NCBI GenBank assembly: GCA_963705105.1 | Contig: CAVPIW010000002.1 | Location: 1-62,444 of the forward strand | Direction: 5' to 3' | DNA from: an uncultured Nitrospiraceae bacterium | GTDB taxonomy: Bacteria; Nitrospirota; Thermodesulfovibrionia; Thermodesulfovibrionales; Dissulfurispiraceae | Length of the DNA stretch: 62,444 nt | In this document: positions 31,252 to 42,312 of the stretch, one piece after another | Position numbering within the stretch: position 1 is the first letter of the stretch | How the letters are laid out: the number at the start of each line of letters is the position of its first letter | The notes under the pieces: model-generated | Told to the model about the DNA's origin: nothing | The model's input: the letters and a program-made list of their open reading frames with translations, nothing else | The model's database searches: none | Program-made: the position numbers and the translations under genes

Positions 31252-32610
31252 TTACGGGAATATCTTGCCGGGATTGAGAATGCCCCGGGGGTCGAAGACC
31301 TGCTTGATCCCTTTCATGATCTCCAGCTCCCGCCCCCTGACCTCCATGTCGAAATAGGGACGCTTCAGGAGGCCGATCCCGTGCTCCCCCGAGAGGGAGC
31401 CTCCCAGGTTCAGCGTGGCCTCGAAGATCCTGCCGACGAGTTCCTTTCCTCTCGCGTACTCGTCGCCGTTTCTCCTGTCCACCATGATATTGACGTGGAG
31501 GTTTCCGTCACCGGCATGGCCGAAGCTGACGATCCTGATCCCGCTCTCCTCCGAAAGCCGCCTCAGGTCCCTCAGCATGACGGGGATCTTGTCCCTTGGA
31601 ACGACTATGTCCTCGTTGATCTTATCAGGTTTCAGGTGGAACAGGGCGGGCGAAACAGACCTCCTCGCCTCCCAGAGTCTCTCCCGCGCCGCTCCGTCCT
31701 CGGCGATAACGGATTCACCGCGGTAACTGCCGCAGATGGCGACGACCCGGTCGGCCTCCTTTCTGATCGTGGCCGGGTGCCCGTCGAGCTCGATCAGCAG
31801 AAGGGCCTCCACATCGGCGGGCAGACCAGTCGGTTTGTACTGCTCGATCGCCTCGATGGACGACCGGTCGAGCAGTTCCATGGTCCGGGGAATGATCTTC
31901 GATGAGATGATTTTCGAGACGGCCGCGCCCGTCGATTCCAGGTCGTCGAAGAGCACCATGAGCGTCACCACGTCCTCGGGCATCGGCAGGATCCTGAGAC
32001 GTATCTTCGTCACGATCGCCAGAGTGCCCTCGGACCCCACAATGAGGTCCTTGAGATCGTATCCGACGGCCCGCTTGTACGTTTTCCCCCCGACGTTGAT
32101 CACCGTGCCGTCGGGCAGGACCGCCTCCATCGCCATGACGTAATCCCTTGTCACCCCGTATTTCAGGGCCCGCGGCCCGCCGGCATTGGTCGCCACATTT
32201 CCCCCGATGGTGCAGATGTCGAGGCTTGCCGGGTCAGGGGGGTAAAAGTACCCGAGGAATTCGAGTTCCTTCTGGAGCTTGCCGTTGATCATGCCGGGCT
32301 CGACGACGACGGAGAGGTTCTTCGTGCTGATTTCGAGGAACTTCTTCATCTTTTCGAGGCTCACGACGATGCTTGCATCGCCCTGGGGCACCGAAGCGCC
32401 GGCCATGCCCGTTCCGGCTCCCCGGGTGACGATGGAAAGCCCCTTCTCCCCCGCGTACCGGACGATTCTCACGACCTCGTCGGTGTTCCTCGGCCATGTG
32501 ACGGCGCGGGGAGCCGTTGCCCGGGCCGAGGAGGAGTCGAAGCTGTAACAGATGAGGTCTTCCCGGTCCGTCGAGATCTCTATGCCTGGCAATGCCGCTG
32601 GATGGTCCAT
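31252..32610 (-). CDS. FAD-linked oxidase, GlcD/D-lactate dehydrogenase family
   Basis: RGAGT, YPPDPAS, IGGNVATNAGG, KYGVTRDY, GSEGTL, GHAGDGNLH, SGEHGIG, LNPGK. Confidence 0.9.
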   Translation of the reverse strand: MDHPAALPGIEISTDREDLICYSFDSSSARATAPRAVTWPRNTDEVVRIVRYAGEKGLSIVTRGAGTGMAGASVPQGDASIVVSLEKMKKFLEISTKNLSVVVEPGMINGKLQKELEFLGYFYPPDPASLDICTIGGNVATNAGGPRALKYGVTRDYVMAMEAVLPDGTVINVGGKTYKRAVGYDLKDLIVGSEGTLAIVTKIRLRILPMPEDVVTLMVLFDDLESTGAAVSKIISSKIIPRTMELLDRSSIEAIEQYKPTGLPADVEALLLIELDGHPATIRKEADRVVAICGSYRGESVIAEDGAARERLWEARRSVSPALFHLKPDKINEDIVVPRDKIPVMLRDLRRLSEESGIRIVSFGHAGDGNLHVNIMVDRRNGDEYARGKELVGRIFEATLNLGGSLSGEHGIGLLKRPYFDMEVRGRELEIMKGIKQVFDPRGILNPGKIFP

Positions 32611-32617
32611 GCCGTCT

Positions 32618-35600
32618 CTATGTCTTTGCGACGTCCAGATTCTCCGTCTCGCTGAACCGGAGGGAGATGATCTTCGACGCCCCGGGCTCCTCCATGGTGA
32701 CGCCGTAGAGGTAGTCCGCCGCCTCCATCGTCGTCCTGTTATGCGATATGACGATGAACTGGGTGTCCCCCGACAGGTCACCGAGCATGCGGGCGAAACG
32801 GGACGTATTTGCCTCGTCGAGGGGCGCGTCCACCTCGTCGAGGATGCAGAGCGGGCTGGGTTTGATGAGGAAGCCCGCGAAGAGCAGGGACAGAGAGGTG
32901 AGGGCCTTCTCTCCGCCCGAGAGGAGGTTCAGGTTCTGGAGCTTTTTCCCAGGGGGCTGGGCGATGATCTCGATGCCCGATTCGAGGATGTTCTGCTCGT
33001 CCGTAAGAATGATATCCGCCTTGCCTCCCCCGAAGAGCAGGGTGAAGACCTCGGAGAATTTCGACCGCAGGGCCTCGTAGGCCTCGCGGAGCTTCCTCCG
33101 TGACGTGCTGTTGATCCTGCTGATGGCCTCCTCCAGTTCGGCGATCGACAGGGTCAGGTCTTTCTGCTGCGCCGTCAGAAAGTCGTAGCGGGCCTTCAGT
33201 TCGGCATACTCCTCGATGGCTGCGAGATTGACGGGCCCGAGCTCGGCGATCCGGCCGTTCACGTAGGCAAGCCTGCCCTCGTCCTCAGAGGGATCGAATC
33301 CCTCCGTCACGACGGGCTCGGCAGCGATGTCAAGGCCGTATTTCTGGAAGACAGTGCGGGAACAACCCTCGATCCTCACCTTCTTTTCCGTCTCCTGCCC
33401 CGCGAGGTCTGCGATGAGCAGAGAAATCTCCTCCCGCGAGGCGTTGATGGTCTTGAGGGACTTCTCCAGCGATGCGATCGCCTCTTCCTCCTCCCGGACG
33501 GCCTCCCGCAGGTCATCTCCTTCCCGCCTCATCGCAGCGGCATCGACGACGGCAGCCCTCATCTGTTCCTCGAACCCCTTCATCTCCTCTGAAAGGACGG
33601 CGATCGTCTCCTCCGCCTGCGCGATCTCTCCGGCGGCACGGGCATTTTTCTCGTCGATCTCCAGAAGGATGGCCGCCGTCGATTCGCGCTCCTTCGCGAC
33701 GGACTTCATCTTCTCGTCCAGCGACGTTATGGAGAGCCGGAGGTCCGTCAGGTGGGTCCGGATTTCTTCGTACTCCCCCCGCCTGCCTGCAAGGCTTTGC
33801 TGCAGTGAGGAGATTTCATCCTGCAGGGCCTCCCGCTGTTCCCCGATCGCGGCAATCTCGGCCGTCTTCACCGAGCGGAGGGCGGTGACGGACTCTTTCT
33901 CCTGGCGGATTGTCCCAACCTCCATGGTCAGGAACGAGAGTTTTCGGTGCTTCCGTTCGAGGTCCTCGGCGAGAGTCGCGGCGGAATGCCCCAGGAGGGA
34001 TATCTCCTTTTCCCGGTCGATGCGCCGGTCTTCCTTTTCTTTCAGGGATTCCCTCTGCCGCACCAGGGCTTCTGAAAGGGACTGCACCGCCTCTTCGAGG
34101 ACGCCCACCTCCCTCTCCTGGACGGCGGTGATCTCCTGCAGTTCCCTGATCTCTCGTTTCCGTTTCAGGATCTCCCTGCCCCGGCCGACAAAGATGGTGC
34201 CGTCCCGGTTGATGATTTCGCCCTCCCGGGTGACGATCCGGCGCCCCGGGAAGGAGGGGTCCCTGATGATCGTGAGAGCCCTTTCGAGGTCGTTGACGAT
34301 GTAGGTGCCCTCGATCAGGCGCGTTATCATCCTCTTTGCCTCCACGGCGAGGTGCGCCGCCTCATCGCTGCCGCCGTTCATCTCGAAACGCAGACAGTCC
34401 AGGGCGCGTGTGAGATCATCAGGTCCCGCAGGGGCCTGCCCCTCACCGGTCGCATCGTTTCCGCCGCATCCGGGGAGCAGCAGGGCTGTCCTGCCCAGGT
34501 TTTTCTCCCTGACGATCGCCGCGGCCGTCAGGATGTCATCGGGCGTCTCAAGGACCAGCGACGTGATGATATCGGAGAGGAGCGCCTCGATGGCCTGCTC
34601 GAAATCCCGCTCGGCGGAAAGGATATCGGACACGATGAGATGGTCTGCGTGGAGCCGGACCCGTGTTTCGGACAGGAACTCGACGAGGGTCCTGTCGATG
34701 AGGAGCTCCCGCAGAGAATGCAGGCGCGACGTGTTCGATATGAGGGCCTCCCGGCGGAGTGACAGTTCACTGCGCTTTTCTTCCAGGCTTTCTTTCAGCA
34801 GGCCGAAATCCTCCCTGGCGTCGTTAATTTCGGCGATGAGGCGCCCCTGTTCCTCTTCCTTTATACGGAGTTCCTCCCGCAGCTCCCGGAGGCGTCTTTC
34901 CAAGTCCCCGATCGCCTGCTCCAGGGTCGCATGGTCTTTCAGGGACGACTGCTCCCGGTGCTGAAGGTTTTCGATGGTAGTCTGAAGCCTCTGGTCCTCA
35001 TTCCTCCGGGCGCTCAGCGTTTCGGAGATGCTGAAAAGTTGCCGCCGCTTCGTTTCCAGGAGCTCCTCCCCCTCGGAGGCGGCGATGCTGCATTCCTCGG
35101 CCCAGTCCCTTTTCTCCCGCATCTGCCCGGCCAGATCGTCACGGCCGGCAAGGAGTCGCCGTTCTTCCTCTTCCAGTTCGCCTATCCTGGCCGCAAGGGC
35201 CAGTCTTCTTTTCTCCCGCTCCTCGCAGGCAGTCCTGATCCGAATGATCTCGTCGGTCCGGTTCTCCCTGTTCGTTTTTGCGACGGCCATCGCCTTTTCA
35301 AGCTCGGCGATGCGCTTCTCCAGGTCATGGAGCCTCTGGTCGAGGCCGGTGAGCGATCTTTCCCTGTCGATGAGGGCGATTCGCCTCGTTTCGACGGTGT
35401 TTTCGATGGTCGAGAGTTCACTCCTCTTCGCAGCCTCCGCGTCACGGGCACGGGTGATCTCAGACAGAACGGCCTCGAGGGCGGTGAGGAGGGACTGATA
35501 TTCCCTTTTCGCCGTTCTCAGATCGATCGCCCTTATTTCTTCGGTCAGTCTCCGGTATCTTTCGGCTTTTTTCACCTGCCTGTCGAGACTGCCGATCTGG

Positions 35601-36241
35601 CGTTTCACCTCGGTGACGATGTCGTTGATCCGCTGCAGGTTCTGTTTCGACGAGTCGAGCTTCGACAGGGCCTCGGCCTTCTTGACCTTATATTTCATGA
35701 CCCCGGCGACCTCTTCTATGAGAAACCTCCTTTCCTGGGCTTTCGCGTTGAGGATTTCCGAGATCCTGCCCTGGTCGAGAATGGAGTAACTCCGTACATC
35801 GAGGCCTGTGTCGAGAAAGATATCCCTGATATCCCTGAGCCTGCATTGCCGGTTGTTGGTCAGGTACTCGCTCTCACCCGACCGGTAGAGCCTCCGGGAG
35901 ACGCTCAACTCTCCTTCACCGGGGACAGCGCCGGCGGAACCGCCGTTGCCGTTGTCGGCATCGCCGTTCTGTGACGCCCGGTAACGGTCCACCTTCAGGG
36001 TGACCTCGGCCATTCCCCGGATTTTCTTTGTCGACGACCCCTGGAAGATGACCTCCTCCATTTTTTCGCCCCGGAGGCTTCGGGCGCTCTGCTCCCCCAG
36101 CACCCAGCGGAAGGCGTCGACGATGTTGCTCTTCCCGCATCCATTGGGACCGACGATGCAGGTGATGCCGTCGTGCAGGGATATCGCTGTTTTATCAGCA
36201 AATGATTTGAAACCAATGAGTTGCAGCTGCCTGATTTTCAT
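32618..36241 (-). CDS. smc: Chromosome segregation protein SMC
   Basis: GFKSFAD, VGPNGCGKSNI, long coiled coils with hinge, LLSGGEKAL, LDEVDAPLD. Confidence 0.96.
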   Translation of the reverse strand: MKIRQLQLIGFKSFADKTAISLHDGITCIVGPNGCGKSNIVDAFRWVLGEQSARSLRGEKMEEVIFQGSSTKKIRGMAEVTLKVDRYRASQNGDADNGNGGSAGAVPGEGELSVSRRLYRSGESEYLTNNRQCRLRDIRDIFLDTGLDVRSYSILDQGRISEILNAKAQERRFLIEEVAGVMKYKVKKAEALSKLDSSKQNLQRINDIVTEVKRQIGSLDRQVKKAERYRRLTEEIRAIDLRTAKREYQSLLTALEAVLSEITRARDAEAAKRSELSTIENTVETRRIALIDRERSLTGLDQRLHDLEKRIAELEKAMAVAKTNRENRTDEIIRIRTACEEREKRRLALAARIGELEEEERRLLAGRDDLAGQMREKRDWAEECSIAASEGEELLETKRRQLFSISETLSARRNEDQRLQTTIENLQHREQSSLKDHATLEQAIGDLERRLRELREELRIKEEEQGRLIAEINDAREDFGLLKESLEEKRSELSLRREALISNTSRLHSLRELLIDRTLVEFLSETRVRLHADHLIVSDILSAERDFEQAIEALLSDIITSLVLETPDDILTAAAIVREKNLGRTALLLPGCGGNDATGEGQAPAGPDDLTRALDCLRFEMNGGSDEAAHLAVEAKRMITRLIEGTYIVNDLERALTIIRDPSFPGRRIVTREGEIINRDGTIFVGRGREILKRKREIRELQEITAVQEREVGVLEEAVQSLSEALVRQRESLKEKEDRRIDREKEISLLGHSAATLAEDLERKHRKLSFLTMEVGTIRQEKESVTALRSVKTAEIAAIGEQREALQDEISSLQQSLAGRRGEYEEIRTHLTDLRLSITSLDEKMKSVAKERESTAAILLEIDEKNARAAGEIAQAEETIAVLSEEMKGFEEQMRAAVVDAAAMRREGDDLREAVREEEEAIASLEKSLKTINASREEISLLIADLAGQETEKKVRIEGCSRTVFQKYGLDIAAEPVVTEGFDPSEDEGRLAYVNGRIAELGPVNLAAIEEYAELKARYDFLTAQQKDLTLSIAELEEAISRINSTSRRKLREAYEALRSKFSEVFTLLFGGGKADIILTDEQNILESGIEIIAQPPGKKLQNLNLLSGGEKALTSLSLLFAGFLIKPSPLCILDEVDAPLDEANTSRFARMLGDLSGDTQFIVISHNRTTMEAADYLYGVTMEEPGASKIISLRFSETENLDVAKT

Positions 36242-36402
36242 GCTCGTTTCTTCATTGTACGGTCGAAGGAAAGGGGGGGTCAATTAAAATAATTATAATA
36301 CAGAAATAAAAATTTTTTATTTGATGATTTATCCCCGCCTGTATTATGCTTGAATGCCTTTCCTGTTTCAAATGTTTCAAATCAAATAAAGAGGAGGTTC
36401 TT

Positions 36403-37638
36403 ATGCCGAAGAAGTATGATACTCCACTCTTGGATGAGCTGGAAAAGGGACCGTTCCCGAGCTTCGTGACGGAAATCAAGAAGTGCGCCGAATGGAACGA
36501 CATGGCCGCCGACGAGCTCGGCCAGCTCGAGAAGTCGTACAGGACAAAGGTCGTCTACTGGAAGCACGGCGGCATCGTCGGCGTCCGGGGCTACGGCAGC
36601 GGCATCATCGGCCGGTATTCGGAGCTCCCCAACGAGTTTCCGAATGTGGCCCACTTCCACACCGTTCGTATCAACCAGCCCTCGGGATGGTTCTACACGA
36701 CGGAAGCCCTCAGGACCGTCTGCGATCTCTGGGAGAAGTACGGCAGCGGCATCACCAACATGCACGGGTCGACGGGCGACATGGTCCTCCTCGGCACGAC
36801 GACGGACAAACTCGAGACGATCTTCGCCGAGTTTTCGTCCAGGGGCTGGGACCTCGGCGGCTCCGGTTCCGCCATGAGGACGCCGAGCTGCTGCATCGGC
36901 CCAGGCCGTTGCGAATGGACGAACATCAACACCCTCGACCTCTGCTACGAACTGACGCAGGAGTTCCAGGACGAGCTCCACAGGCCGGCCTTCCCCTACA
37001 AGTTCAAGATCAAGATCGCGGGCTGCGCCACCGACTGCGTCGCCGCCATCGCCCGTGCAGACTGCTCCATCATCGGGACCTGGAAAGGCGACATCAAGAT
37101 CGACCAGGATGCGGTGAAGTGGTATGCCAAGAACGGACTGGACATCCAGAAGTCCATCGTCGGCATGTGCCCGACCAACTGCATGAGCTTTGACGGCAGC
37201 GAGCTGAAGATCGACAACTCCAACTGCAACCGCTGCATGCACTGCATCTCGAAGATGACGAAGGCCCTCCAGCCCGGTGACGAGAAAGGCGCCACCATCT
37301 GCATCGGCAGCAAGGCCCCCATCGTCGTCGGTTCCCTCCTCTCCTGGGTCATCGTGCCCTTTATCAAGGTCGAGCCTCCCTACGACGAAATCAAAGACAT
37401 GGTCAGGAAGATCATCGAGTGGTGGGACGAGTTCGGCAAGCCGAGAGAGAGAGTCGGCGAGCTCATCGAGCGCATCGGCATGCGGTCCTTCCTCGAGTGG
37501 ATCGGCGTCCCGCCCGTTCCCCAGCAGATCAAGGAGCCGCGGAAGGATCCCTTCTGGTTCTTCGAGGAGGCGGACATCGAGAAGGTCAAGGCGAGAGAGG
37601 CCGAAGAGAAGAAGATCGGCAAATTCCTGTTCAAATAA
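36403..37638 (+). CDS. dsrA: Dissimilatory sulfite reductase alpha subunit
   Basis: [62 protein letters not shown]. Confidence 0.98.
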   Translation: MPKKYDTPLLDELEKGPFPSFVTEIKKCAEWNDMAADELGQLEKSYRTKVVYWKHGGIVGVRGYGSGIIGRYSELPNEFPNVAHFHTVRINQPSGWFYTTEALRTVCDLWEKYGSGITNMHGSTGDMVLLGTTTDKLETIFAEFSSRGWDLGGSGSAMRTPSCCIGPGRCEWTNINTLDLCYELTQEFQDELHRPAFPYKFKIKIAGCATDCVAAIARADCSIIGTWKGDIKIDQDAVKWYAKNGLDIQKSIVGMCPTNCMSFDGSELKIDNSNCNRCMHCISKMTKALQPGDEKGATICIGSKAPIVVGSLLSWVIVPFIKVEPPYDEIKDMVRKIIEWWDEFGKPRERVGELIERIGMRSFLEWIGVPPVPQQIKEPRKDPFWFFEEADIEKVKAREAEEKKIGKFLFK

Positions 37639-37668
37639 ACTTTTATCGATACAGCAAGGAGGATAATA

Positions 37669-38739
37669 ATGTCAGTACCACAGAGACGCACAGACATAGG
37701 TCCACCCAAATATGACCAGTTCCTTCCGCCGGTAATCAAGAAGAATTACGGGCAGTGGAAATATCACGAGCAGCTTTCAGGCGGCGTCATGGTCCATGTC
37801 GCCGACAGCGGGGACAAGGTCTTCACTGTGAGGGTCGCGAGCCCCAGAATCCTTTCGACAAAGACGATCCGCGACCTCTGCGCCATCGCCGACAAGTTCT
37901 GCGGCGGCCACCTCAGGTTCACCTCGAGGAACAACATCGAGTTCATGACCGACAACCAGGCCCAGTGTGACGCACTGCAGAAGCACCTCAAGGACAACGG
38001 CTTCATGATCGGCGGCATCGGGCCCCGCGTCAGCAATATCGTCCACACACAGGGATGGGTCCACTGCCACAGCGCGGCGACGGACGCCTCGGGCATCGTC
38101 AAGGCCGTCATGGACGACCTGGCCGATTACTTCACCACGAAGGAGCTCCCGAACAAGGTGAGGATCGCCCTGGCCTGCTGCGTCAACATGTGCGGCGCCG
38201 TCCACTGCTCCGACATCGCCATCGTGGCGGTCCACACCATCGTGCCGATCCCCGATGACGCCGTGATCCCGAACATCTGCGAGATCCCGACGACGATCGC
38301 TTCCTGTCCGACGGGCGCCATCAGCCCGAACCCGGCGAAGAAGAGCGTCAAGATCAACGCGAAGAAGTGCATGTACTGCGGCAACTGTTTCACCGTCTGC
38401 CCGGCCCTCCCTATCAAGGACCCCGAAAGGGACGGCCTCGCCATCGTCGTGGGCGGCAAGGTCGGCAGCCTGCGGTCCGATCCCGCGTTCTCGAAGCTCG
38501 TCATCCCCTTCATCTCGAACGAGCCGCCGCGGTGGCCGAAGGTCGTCGCCGCCGTCAGGCTCATCCTCGAGACGTACGAGAAGGACGCCCAGAAGTTCGA
38601 GCGTGTCGGCGAGTGGATCAACAGGATCGGCTGGGAGAAGTTCTTCGAGAAGACCGGCATCGAATTCACCTACCAGCACATCGATGACTTCACCTTCATG
38701 AGAGACACCATGAGGACGGCTTCCACGTTCAAGTGGTAA
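37669..38739 (+). CDS. dsrB: Dissimilatory sulfite reductase beta subunit
   Basis: [48 protein letters not shown]. Confidence 0.98.
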   Translation: MSVPQRRTDIGPPKYDQFLPPVIKKNYGQWKYHEQLSGGVMVHVADSGDKVFTVRVASPRILSTKTIRDLCAIADKFCGGHLRFTSRNNIEFMTDNQAQCDALQKHLKDNGFMIGGIGPRVSNIVHTQGWVHCHSAATDASGIVKAVMDDLADYFTTKELPNKVRIALACCVNMCGAVHCSDIAIVAVHTIVPIPDDAVIPNICEIPTTIASCPTGAISPNPAKKSVKINAKKCMYCGNCFTVCPALPIKDPERDGLAIVVGGKVGSLRSDPAFSKLVIPFISNEPPRWPKVVAAVRLILETYEKDAQKFERVGEWINRIGWEKFFEKTGIEFTYQHIDDFTFMRDTMRTASTFKW

Positions 38740-38747
38740 CACAGGCA

Positions 38748-38773
38748 CGGCCGGGTGAGCGATCACCCGGCCG
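38748..38773 (+). other. Perfect 11-bp GNRA-capped hairpin between dsrB and dsrD
   Basis: cggccgggtga[gcga]tcacccggccg with no U-tract. Confidence 0.6.
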
Positions 38774-38808
38774 ATTACGAATCCAATAGCATTGAGAGGT
38801 GTAAAGAT

Positions 38809-39054
38809 ATGGATACTGCTGAAATTCAGAAAAAGATCTGGGAAGTGCTCGAGAAGGCTAAAGGAAAGAAGAAACTGAAGGAAAAGGATGTCTGCAGGCT
38901 CGTCTCCGAAGAGATCGGCGCCGACAAGGACGAGGTGAAGACCGTCCTGAGGGCGATTATCGACGAGGGAAAGCTCTGCTACTCCTATTCCGGCGGCGCG
39001 AGCTCCGTCGAGATTCCCAGCGAGGAATACCTTCGGGAAAAGGGAATGCTCTAA
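38809..39054 (+). CDS. dsrD: DsrD, small winged-helix activator of DsrAB
   Basis: 81 aa directly after dsrB; K-rich N-terminus, EVK..L...I.EGKL.YSYSGG.S. Confidence 0.8.
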   Translation: MDTAEIQKKIWEVLEKAKGKKKLKEKDVCRLVSEEIGADKDEVKTVLRAIIDEGKLCYSYSGGASSVEIPSEEYLREKGML

Positions 39055-39084
39055 ACCCCTTCATTTCCCGCAGATCGTACTCAG

Positions 39085-39127
39085 GCAAAGGCGGCCCGGG
39101 GGAACCCCCAGGCCGCTTTGCTTTTTT
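39085..39127 (+). terminator. Intrinsic terminator of dsrABD
   Basis: gcaaaggcggcc..gggg-aa-cccc..ggccgctttgc followed by tttttt. Confidence 0.75.
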
Positions 39128-39156
39128 CCGCCCCGGTGCTGCTTCCCCTGCCTTTA

Positions 39157-39350
39157 CCTGGTAGTTGTATGCAAAGGCGGAGCGAAGCACTCTGAAAACA
39201 GTGTGAGTGTCAGTGTCAGTGTCGGAAAAGATGTCCAATTCTCCTGACATCGGCGTATGCCTCGTCTTTCCTTTTGATACATGTGTCGCCGCAGCAAGGT
39301 TTTCGGCGCATACGCCCCGCCTTTCCCGCGAGTGTAGTGCAACGATAAGG
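39157..39350. mobile_element. MITE-like repeat (194 bp), TTTA target duplication
   Basis: ttta|cctggtagttgta...tgcaacgataagg|ttta. Confidence 0.8.
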
Positions 39351-39355
39351 TTTAT

Positions 39356-39472
39356 TCTCACGCAAAGCCGCAAAGAGCGCAAAGAAAGATACAGACCTTC
39401 ATCCTAAAAAAAGATTTTATGCACTTGTGCATTTGCCGTTCTTGGCGACCTTGGCGTCTTGGCGCGAGGATA
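39356..39472. repeat. Palindromic element built from (CGCAAAG)n 9-nt-period arms
   Basis: ctcacgcaaagccgcaaagagcgcaaag ... cttggcgaccttggcgtcttggcgcgag, imperfect inverted arms. Confidence 0.5.
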
Positions 39473-39494
39473 GGCCTTTTCTTGTTTGTATAGT

Positions 39495-39630
39495 GTATGA
39501 GGAATTCATTCGACCTGTCATCGATCGTTGGTCTGCAATGGTCTGTACGGGAAGGCAGAGGTGTCGCAGCACCGATGCTTTTCGGCGCATTCGCCCCGTC
39601 TTTCCTGAGATCTCATTGCGGTGATAAGGG
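39495..39630. mobile_element. Partial MITE-like copy (right half)
   Basis: Reverse-complement match to 24235-24345; ends gcggtgataagg. Confidence 0.6.
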
Positions 39631-39731
39631 TTTATTATGCGAAGAAATCATGCCCTATCCTCGTGTCACGTTATTTTGGACACAAATGCTCGGTAAGGTT
39701 TTTTCGTGACCCCATGGGGTATAATATCCGG

Positions 39732-41144
39732 ATGCTGAAATTCCCGAGGTTGGTCCTTGCCGGTATCAGGGGAGGCAGCGGCAAGACGACCCTCTCGCTT
39801 TCCCTTATCACGGCCCTGAGGACACTGAGAGGGCTCAGGGTGATCCCTTTCAAGAAAGGACCCGATTATATCGATGCGGGATGGCTGTCTCTCGCCGCAC
39901 AGGCGCCCTGCTACAACCTCGATCCTTTTCTCATCCCGGCGGAGAAGGTCATCAGGTCCTTCTATGACAGGGCACGGGGAGACATCGCCGTCATAGAGGG
40001 AAACAGGGGGCTTTTCGACGGTGTCGATGCCGAAGGATCATACAGTACGGCGGAACTGGCGAAGCTCCTGAATGCGCCCGTCATTCTCGTCATCGACTGC
40101 ACCAAGATGACAAGGACCGCTGCTGCCGTCGTTCTGGGCTGCATGCAGCTCGACAGGGACGTTCGCATCGCGGGGGTCGTCCTGAACCAGCTTGCAGGGA
40201 AGCGGCACGAGCGGATAGCGAGGGAATCGGTCGAAAAATACTGCAAAATCCCCGTTCTCGGCGCGATTCCCCGTCTTGAGTCGGAAGAACTGCCGGAGCG
40301 GCACATGGGATTGACCCCTATTCATGAATATCCCGACCGCGACAGGGTGATCGAAGGCATGGAGGCGATTGCCGCCAAATACCTCGATCTCGACGCCTTC
40401 ATCGCCATAGCCCGGGAGGCGGGTGATCTGCCGATACCTGCGCCTGAAGCGACGGATGAGGCGGGTGCGACCCCGGGAGACCAGGTGAAGGTGGGGGTCA
40501 TCAGGGACGCGGCTTTTCAGTTCTACTACCCTGAAAACCTCGAGGCCCTTCAGGAGCAGGGCGCCGTTCTCATCGAGATCGACGCCGTGACGGAGCCGCG
40601 TCTGCCTGACATAGACGCCCTCTACATCGGCGGGGGGTTTCCCGAGACGAACGCCCCCGGCCTTGCCCGGAACGAAACCTTCAGGCGGTCCGTGCATGAC
40701 GCTGCGGAAGCGGGTCTTCCTGTTTACGCCGAATGCGGGGGGCTCATGTTCCTCGGCGAGAGCATCGCTATGAACGGCGCGAGCTATCCCATGGCAGGGA
40801 TTTTTCCCCTTGCCTTCGATATGAGGAAGAAGCCTCAGGCCCATGGGTACACAGTCGTCGAAGCCGACCGGGGGAACCCCTTTTATCCCGTCGGCACCGT
40901 TCTTCACGGGCACGAGTTTCACTATTCCTCGGCGCTGTCCCTCGGAGAGCGTGACGGCATGCATCTGGCCTTCTCGATGCGGAGGGGAAAGGGGATACGG
41001 GACGGACGGGACGGTCTCTGTTATAAGAACGTTCTCGCGACATACACACATATTCATGCCCTCGGCTCTCCCGGATGGGTCAGGGGATTCCTGACGAAGG
41101 CGAGGGAGTATAAGGAAAACCATGAGAAGAAAAGATCCGCCTGA
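39732..41144 (+). CDS. dsrN: Siroheme amidase DsrN (cobyrinate a,c-diamide synthase family)
   Basis: GGSGKTT, FKKGPDYID, IEGNRGLFDG, ERHMGL, AFQFYYPEN, YAECGG, GHEFHYS; dsr context. Confidence 0.88.
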   Translation: MLKFPRLVLAGIRGGSGKTTLSLSLITALRTLRGLRVIPFKKGPDYIDAGWLSLAAQAPCYNLDPFLIPAEKVIRSFYDRARGDIAVIEGNRGLFDGVDAEGSYSTAELAKLLNAPVILVIDCTKMTRTAAAVVLGCMQLDRDVRIAGVVLNQLAGKRHERIARESVEKYCKIPVLGAIPRLESEELPERHMGLTPIHEYPDRDRVIEGMEAIAAKYLDLDAFIAIAREAGDLPIPAPEATDEAGATPGDQVKVGVIRDAAFQFYYPENLEALQEQGAVLIEIDAVTEPRLPDIDALYIGGGFPETNAPGLARNETFRRSVHDAAEAGLPVYAECGGLMFLGESIAMNGASYPMAGIFPLAFDMRKKPQAHGYTVVEADRGNPFYPVGTVLHGHEFHYSSALSLGERDGMHLAFSMRRGKGIRDGRDGLCYKNVLATYTHIHALGSPGWVRGFLTKAREYKENHEKKRSA

Positions 41145-41520
41145 ATGCCCCTTTTGCGGCAGATTTATCATGCGTCCCTTCACGTTGCAGGGTGAATTCG
41201 GTGAGTTCACGGGGGGCAAATGCCCCTGCGGCACCGTCTTCGTCTGCGACCCCACGGGGCACGAAGCGGGGCAGGCATACACAGAGGCGCTCGCCTTTGC
41301 CAAGGGCGACTGGAATTTCGAGACCCTCGACCCCGAGAAGGATTATTCCATGGAGGACATGGATTACGACTTCAAGAACCACGTTCCTGTTTCGAGCCAC
41401 CGCGGCGGGCTCTGCGGGAAGCTCGTCTTCGTGAAGCTGAAGGGAACACAGGGGGGACCGGCTGAGGGGGAGGGTTCCCCGCCCCGGGAGTCCGGGGGAG
41501 GTGAACGGAAAGAGCCATGA
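41122..41520 (+). CDS. Zn-ribbon-like hypothetical protein
   Basis: CPFCG...GKCPCGTVFVCDPTGH; overlaps both neighbouring genes. Confidence 0.7.
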   Translation: MRRKDPPECPFCGRFIMRPFTLQGEFGEFTGGKCPCGTVFVCDPTGHEAGQAYTEALAFAKGDWNFETLDPEKDYSMEDMDYDFKNHVPVSSHRGGLCGKLVFVKLKGTQGGPAEGEGSPPRESGGGERKEP

Positions 41521-42161
41521 ACATGAAGGCACGGATCGGGCAGCTCCTGGAGGCGAAAGCCCTCGGGGACATCGCGGCCCTGTCGCTCGAACACAAGAGC
41601 GTGATCAGATTTCTGGTGTCATATGCCTACGACAGGCAGGACATCCTGACGTGGAGGGCCGTCGATGCCATGGGACGGGTGGCGCAGGAATTCGCAAGGC
41701 ATAATCACATCCCTGTGCTCCGAGACACGATCAGGAAGCTTCTCTGGACCATGACGGAGGAATCAGGAGGGATCGGCTGGTGCGCTCCGGACATGATCGG
41801 CGAGATCATCAGGTCTGATTTTGCGGAATTCGGCGATGTCATCCCCATCCTGTGGTCATACAGGGAAGAGGATTCATTCAGGCCGGGGGTGCTCTGGGCG
41901 ATGGTCCGTCTCGCGGAGCTCAGACCCGATCTCCTGCGTTTCATCTGTGATGATGTGGATGAGCTTTTCGACGACGGGAATCCGCAGGTGCGGGGTCTTG
42001 CTTCGGCTCTCGTGGGAACGGTCTGCACGTCCCTTCCGCCGGATCGCCTGCCCGTCCTGATGGCGGACAGGGCTCCCGTACGATGGTACGCAGACCGTGA
42101 ATTCCGGGACCGGACGGTCGCGGAGATAACCCGGGAAGCCTCAAATAAAAATCTCAAATGA
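41517..42161 (+). CDS. HEAT/PBS-lyase-like repeat protein of sulfate reducers (DVU0298-like)
   Basis: WRAVDAMG, RKLLWTMTEESGGIGW.AP..IGEI, D.NPQVRG.A. Confidence 0.7.
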   Translation: MNMKARIGQLLEAKALGDIAALSLEHKSVIRFLVSYAYDRQDILTWRAVDAMGRVAQEFARHNHIPVLRDTIRKLLWTMTEESGGIGWCAPDMIGEIIRSDFAEFGDVIPILWSYREEDSFRPGVLWAMVRLAELRPDLLRFICDDVDELFDDGNPQVRGLASALVGTVCTSLPPDRLPVLMADRAPVRWYADREFRDRTVAEITREASNKNLK

Positions 42162-42312
42162 AAATATAATATTAATTTATTTGACCTTCCACTGTTAACT
42201 ATATTATTTTGTATGACCTTTTATGTGTCTCTCCGGGGCCTTTTCCCGGGCTGGCGGGGGGACAGAACAAAAGCGGTATTCAAAAAACTATTTATAAAAG
42301 GAGGTAGCAGAA

